Shown one piece after another: positions 45,422 through 48,864 of a stretch of 48,864 nucleotides of DNA. The stretch comes from a virus (lineage: Duplodnaviria; Caudoviricetes), in IMG/VR virus record IMGVR_UViG_3300017758_000014, positions 1-48,864 of that record; one strand, given 5' to 3'. Position 1 is the first letter of the stretch; each line of letters begins with the position of its first letter. Made by a program: the position numbers and the translations under genes. The notes beneath the pieces are model-generated. The model made no database searches. It was not told the DNA's origin and saw only the letters and a list, made by a program, of their open reading frames with translations.

Positions 45422-45697
45422 TCAACCGATTCCCTTTTCGGTATAATAATCCCTAAACCTTTTCAATAATAGAGGATCGCCCTTTTTCTTTCGCCTATCA
45501 TGCACACGTGAAGGACTCAACTTTGGACCCATAGCAGTTTGCGCTGGATTTGGAATATCTGCTGTTGTAGTCGACTCACCTTTAGCGGATGCCATCTGCG
45601 CTGGTGTGGGTGCACCCTTTTCACCTTTTTTCCGCATACGTTCTCCACGTGCTTTCTTAGCACGGATGTTTGCCCAAAGTCCTGGTCGTTTGCTCAT
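45422..45697 (-). CDS. Small basic protein
   Basis: PGLWANIRAKKARGERMRKKGEKGAPT motif; highly basic. Confidence 0.65.
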   Translation of the reverse strand: MSKRPGLWANIRAKKARGERMRKKGEKGAPTPAQMASAKGESTTTADIPNPAQTAMGPKLSPSRVHDRRKKKGDPLLLKRFRDYYTEKGIG

Positions 45698-46281
45698 TTG
45701 TAAATCTCGCTTATTGTGACATATAACTTTTGATTTGTTCTTACATGGGTCGCTTCATAAATGTCGACTCCGAAAACATCACCAACAGGAAATGCATCAT
45801 CGTTCACGCGAATTTGATCCTTTGCTCTGACAATTTCTTCAAATGTACTGTTAACAATTTTTGTTTCTTTAATTCTATAAATGCCAGGAGATAACTGTTG
45901 ATCTTCTAAAACGAACCATTGGTTTTGCTCGTTTAAAAAGTCTAATATGTTGATATCACATTTCTCACAAATTTCTTGTAATTTAGTATCATCAAGTCCA
46001 TATTTCTCTTTGATCAGAAATAAACCTGCAGCAAAACTACCAAGTTTCGATCCTCCTCCAGGGATTTTACTGAGCAACCGCTTAGTGTTAGCAGCGAGGC
46101 GAATAAAAGCAGTGTATGCAGATTTTTTGGCATCAGTGTCCATCTTGACTTCTTTAACTCGTTTACCATTTTCATCTATCAGACCTTCTTTATATGCGTC
46201 CCAATCTTTCCAATCCATTACAAGCATACGAATGAATCGAAATGTATAGGCAAGGTCTGCTGCTCTTTTGACTAATCCCAT
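45694..46281 (-). CDS. Conserved T4-like hypothetical protein
   Basis: D..Y..RFI..L...W..W.AYK.G.IDE.G and AYT.F.RL..N.KRLL. Confidence 0.7.
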   Translation of the reverse strand: MGLVKRAADLAYTFRFIRMLVMDWKDWDAYKEGLIDENGKRVKEVKMDTDAKKSAYTAFIRLAANTKRLLSKIPGGGSKLGSFAAGLFLIKEKYGLDDTKLQEICEKCDINILDFLNEQNQWFVLEDQQLSPGIYRIKETKIVNSTFEEIVRAKDQIRVNDDAFPVGDVFGVDIYEATHVRTNQKLYVTISEIYK

Positions 46282-46637
46282 TAAATTTTCCTCAATGCCT
46301 CTACGACTCTCTTATCCATATCAATCCCAGTGTACTGTTCGTTGGTGATAAACTTTAAAAATATCAAAAACGGTTTTACAACTTTCCACTGATCGCCTTC
46401 CAACTTTACCTCTAAGATTTTTAGAGATGGTTCTATACCAAAGACATTGAATATGACTATCAAGTGGTTGAGAATCAATCTTTCAGATAATTCTTTATCA
46501 TCTAGATAACGATTCACCAACCGCTTGAGATATTTAAATCGTTTCAAATCCTCATGAAACTCATCTATATCTGAGAACCGAGGATTATAATAATGTTTTG
46601 CTGCATACAGCAATAGATTTTTTTCATTTAATATCAT
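46281..46637 (-). CDS. Conserved T4-like hypothetical protein
   Basis: L.YA.K.Y.NP, EF.EDL.RFKY.KRL and ERLILNH.I..FNVFG. Confidence 0.75.
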   Translation of the reverse strand: MILNEKNLLLYAAKHYYNPRFSDIDEFHEDLKRFKYLKRLVNRYLDDKELSERLILNHLIVIFNVFGIEPSLKILEVKLEGDQWKVVKPFLIFLKFITNEQYTGIDMDKRVVEALRKI

Positions 46638-46651
46638 AGCATGTCTATGTA

Positions 46652-47002
46652 TTAAGAAAATAATCCTTTCACTTTACCGACCAATGATGCTTTTGACTCG
46701 CGACGGTCTAATTCTATGCCATGTTCGCGACCGATTGCTTCAAGTTCAAGTTTTGTCATATCATCGAAGTCTACAGTTTCATCTTCCATCACTTCAGTGA
46801 CAAACTCTTCTTCTGTGGTTGGTGCTTCGGTTAACATTGTTGGAGATGCTACAGGAGCAATTTCTTCTACGACACCATTGAACTCATCGATATCTGCTTG
46901 AGATATTTTCATCGCCTTCAATAGTTCGCCTGTGCGTCCATCTGTCCAACCGCGAGCAGTTGGGACTCCATTTTTAATCCATGCTGGGGGTTTAATCGCC
47001 AT
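46652..47002 (-). CDS. Hypothetical protein with C-terminal Rho-N/HeH-like motif
   Basis: FDDMTKLELEAIGREHGIELDRRESKASLV. Confidence 0.6.
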   Translation of the reverse strand: MAIKPPAWIKNGVPTARGWTDGRTGELLKAMKISQADIDEFNGVVEEIAPVASPTMLTEAPTTEEEFVTEVMEDETVDFDDMTKLELEAIGREHGIELDRRESKASLVGKVKGLFS

Positions 47003-47016
47003 TATACTTTCCTTCT

Positions 47017-47913
47017 TTATGGTGCGCCAGTTTTACTTGTTGCAACATGATGCGGCACGTTATTCATACCATGTTTATCTAATTTTTTACGAACTTCTTT
47101 GTGTCCGAGATATGAATGAGCAACTTTTCCATTTTTGTTTGCCCAATTACCATCTCTTGTTTTCTTTCGTAAAGTTGAAACTGCTTTATCAACATCTTCA
47201 CCGATATCTTCTGCTGTCCAATCTTCATACATTGAAGCATATGCCTCAGCGACGCTTGTAGCACTCTTTTTAATTTTCTGTTCTCCAGAACGAACAGCGT
47301 CACCGGAATTGCGAGCAGATGCTGGTTTAGTTACACGACCTGCTTTTGATGCATCATCATGACCTTTTGTTTCAGTGTCATTGAGTTCGACAGGTTGATT
47401 AACCATATCCTTGGCACCTTTGCCGCTTAACTTATCTTGCATTTCCTCAGGTTTTGTAGCACCTTTATAATGCGCATCCTTTTTCTCTGCAAGGACTGCT
47501 TTTAGCGCAGAACGAATTCTTGATTCTTTCTGTGTAGATTCTTTATCTAATTTTGGATTCATTTCAACATCACCTTCTTTATCCTTTGATTTCTTAGATA
47601 TCGCTTTACGACGTTTGTGAAGATACTTATCGGATGAATCAACATCACCATCATTATCGATGTCTTTATCTTTACGATCTTTAAACTTTTTCTTCACTGC
47701 CTTTGGTTGCACTTTATCCATACCATCACCATCGTCTGACTTATCGTTGGTGTTATCTTCAACCTTTTGACCTGCTTTTGCTGCTTGACCTACTGCTTTT
47801 TTCTTTGCAGCATCTGCTTGCTTTTGCATTTCTTTAGCACGCTCAGCACTAGTCATTAATTTTTCTTGGATCTCTTGATACGCCTGACCCACTGCGTCAA
47901 TATATTTGGACAT
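47017..47913 (-). CDS. Lys/Asp-rich low-complexity protein, probable internal head protein
   Basis: Highly charged; contains DKDIDNDGDVDSSDKYLHKRRKAI and several (I/L/V)xE motifs. Confidence 0.55.
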   Translation of the reverse strand: MSKYIDAVGQAYQEIQEKLMTSAERAKEMQKQADAAKKKAVGQAAKAGQKVEDNTNDKSDDGDGMDKVQPKAVKKKFKDRKDKDIDNDGDVDSSDKYLHKRRKAISKKSKDKEGDVEMNPKLDKESTQKESRIRSALKAVLAEKKDAHYKGATKPEEMQDKLSGKGAKDMVNQPVELNDTETKGHDDASKAGRVTKPASARNSGDAVRSGEQKIKKSATSVAEAYASMYEDWTAEDIGEDVDKAVSTLRKKTRDGNWANKNGKVAHSYLGHKEVRKKLDKHGMNNVPHHVATSKTGAP

Positions 47914-47925
47914 TATTTTCTCCTA

Positions 47926-48201
47926 TTACATCCACATGTGGGCAACATACGTCCCAACCGCTGCAACAACAGCAGCATATACAACTTTATTTATAATGTT
48001 GACAGTTCTACAATTGTCATCAACCTTTTTCTCTATATCATCAAGTTTTGTTGATAAACGATTTAAACGCTCATACATTTTTGTGTGATCATCATTCAAT
48101 GCACTAATCTTCTCTTCTGCTCGTGCCATAGATACCATGGCATCAGTTAAACGATCGAGTTTTTCTTCGATTCTTGTTAATCGTGCTTCGTTATGAGGCA
48201 T
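47926..48201 (-). CDS. Coiled-coil protein with C-terminal TM helix (XhlA-like architecture)
   Basis: RL.RIEEKLD.L heptads, then hydrophobic VVYAAVVAAVGTYV. Confidence 0.6.
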   Translation of the reverse strand: MPHNEARLTRIEEKLDRLTDAMVSMARAEEKISALNDDHTKMYERLNRLSTKLDDIEKKVDDNCRTVNIINKVVYAAVVAAVGTYVAHMWM

Positions 48202-48212
48202 TGTGTTTATCC

Positions 48213-48467
48213 CTAAAATGGTTTAAGATCACTCTTTTTTATATCAACGAAGTTTACGATTCTATTCGAATCATCAACTTCAACTGTTAATTTTTTACAT
48301 GCTAATCTCATGGAACCTTTATATTCCCTCGATTCTGGTGATTTAACATTGCGTGTAATTGTACGCTTTGCTTTCAAACATTCACTTAATCCATCACGAA
48401 CAGTGAATTCTTGTATTTGCAGAGGACTGCCAAAGAACATCAATAATACAATTGCTTCTTTGACCAT
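48213..48467 (-). CDS. Small hypothetical protein with a Cys pair
   Basis: IVLLMF...ECLKAKR...LACKK..VEV. Confidence 0.65.
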   Translation of the reverse strand: MVKEAIVLLMFFGSPLQIQEFTVRDGLSECLKAKRTITRNVKSPESREYKGSMRLACKKLTVEVDDSNRIVNFVDIKKSDLKPF

Positions 48468-48468
48468 T

Positions 48469-48744
48469 TTATCCTCCTAATTTCTCGGTCACACTCTTTG
48501 CTTTGATGCGTGGGTTTTCTTCTGTGTCTAGCAAACGAATGATATAGTTGTTGCCTTTATCATCTTTACCGACTTCTACAAGTCTTTTTTGGCAAGTAAA
48601 CCTGAATGGTTTGCCGCCATCATAAGTTCTCTCGCTAACTTTTTTTGCCTTCAGGCAATCTACCATTTTATGATGTCCAACGTGTGATTCTACTACGCCA
48701 TTGACATACAATAATAGTGTGATACAAACCATTTCCACTGCCAT
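48469..48744 (-). CDS. Small hypothetical protein with a Cys pair (paralogue)
   Basis: ITLLLY...DCLKAKK...FTCQK..VEV. Confidence 0.65.
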   Translation of the reverse strand: MAVEMVCITLLLYVNGVVESHVGHHKMVDCLKAKKVSERTYDGGKPFRFTCQKRLVEVGKDDKGNNYIIRLLDTEENPRIKAKSVTEKLGG

Positions 48745-48745
48745 C

Positions 48746-48864
48746 TTAGTGTCCGTTCTGTTGTTTAATTTCTAATTGAGTGTCTTTAATTTTTTCAATT
48801 TGTTCTTCTAATGAATTAATTCGTTTTTCAAAAAACTCCATCATCAACTTTTGCTGTTGATCAA
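48746..48864 (-). CDS. 3' end of a coiled-coil protein (truncated by window edge)
   Basis: Manual translation ...DQQQKLMMEFFEKRINSLEEQIEKIKDTQLEIKQQNGH*, stopping just before the next ATG. Confidence 0.6.
   Translation of the reverse strand, partial: DQQQKLMMEFFEKRINSLEEQIEKIKDTQLEIKQQNGH

Noticed and set aside
1-48864. tRNA, rRNA or riboswitch (e.g. a cobalamin riboswitch before nrdJ)
   Set aside because: Intergenic gaps are at most about 120 nt and are accounted for by promoters and terminators; no cloverleaf or B12-box was recognised by eye. An Infernal/tRNAscan run would be decisive.

Overview
A 48.9 kb, densely coding, AT-rich segment of a T4-like myovirus genome, probably marine. The host is possibly an alphaproteobacterium, which is inference only. 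Essentially all real genes lie on the minus strand. In transcription order (right to left) the window holds: small membrane and internal-head-type proteins; the conserved T4 virion module gp13-gp14-gp15-[2 inserted genes]-gp16-gp17-gp18-gp19-gp20-gp67/68-like-gp21-gp22-gp23-gp3; a ~12.5 kb modular tail-fibre/adhesin region (a cupredoxin-domain protein, a tandem array of short GDLA-ending paralogues plus a C1q protein, and two LamG-repeat proteins); a 3TM holin; a class II (B12) ribonucleotide reductase; a radical SAM gene; RNase H, a DenV-like glycosylase, PhoH, an exonuclease and a nucleotidase; and finally nine consecutive sugar-modifying genes (7 glycosyltransferases and 2 methyltransferases). 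Four sigma70-like promoters (TTTAC-N-17 nt-TATAAT), several T4 late promoters (TATAAATA) and terminators are visible. The most striking pattern is that the dipeptide Asp-Ser is strongly over-represented in surface-exposed virion proteins and in variable loops of core virion proteins, and nearly absent from scaffold, protease, terminase and enzymes. Together with the glycosyltransferase/methyltransferase operon, this suggests a phage-encoded, sequon-directed virion O-glycosylation system. This is a hypothesis, not a demonstrated result. All assignments come from motif recognition by eye; no searches were run and counts are manual.
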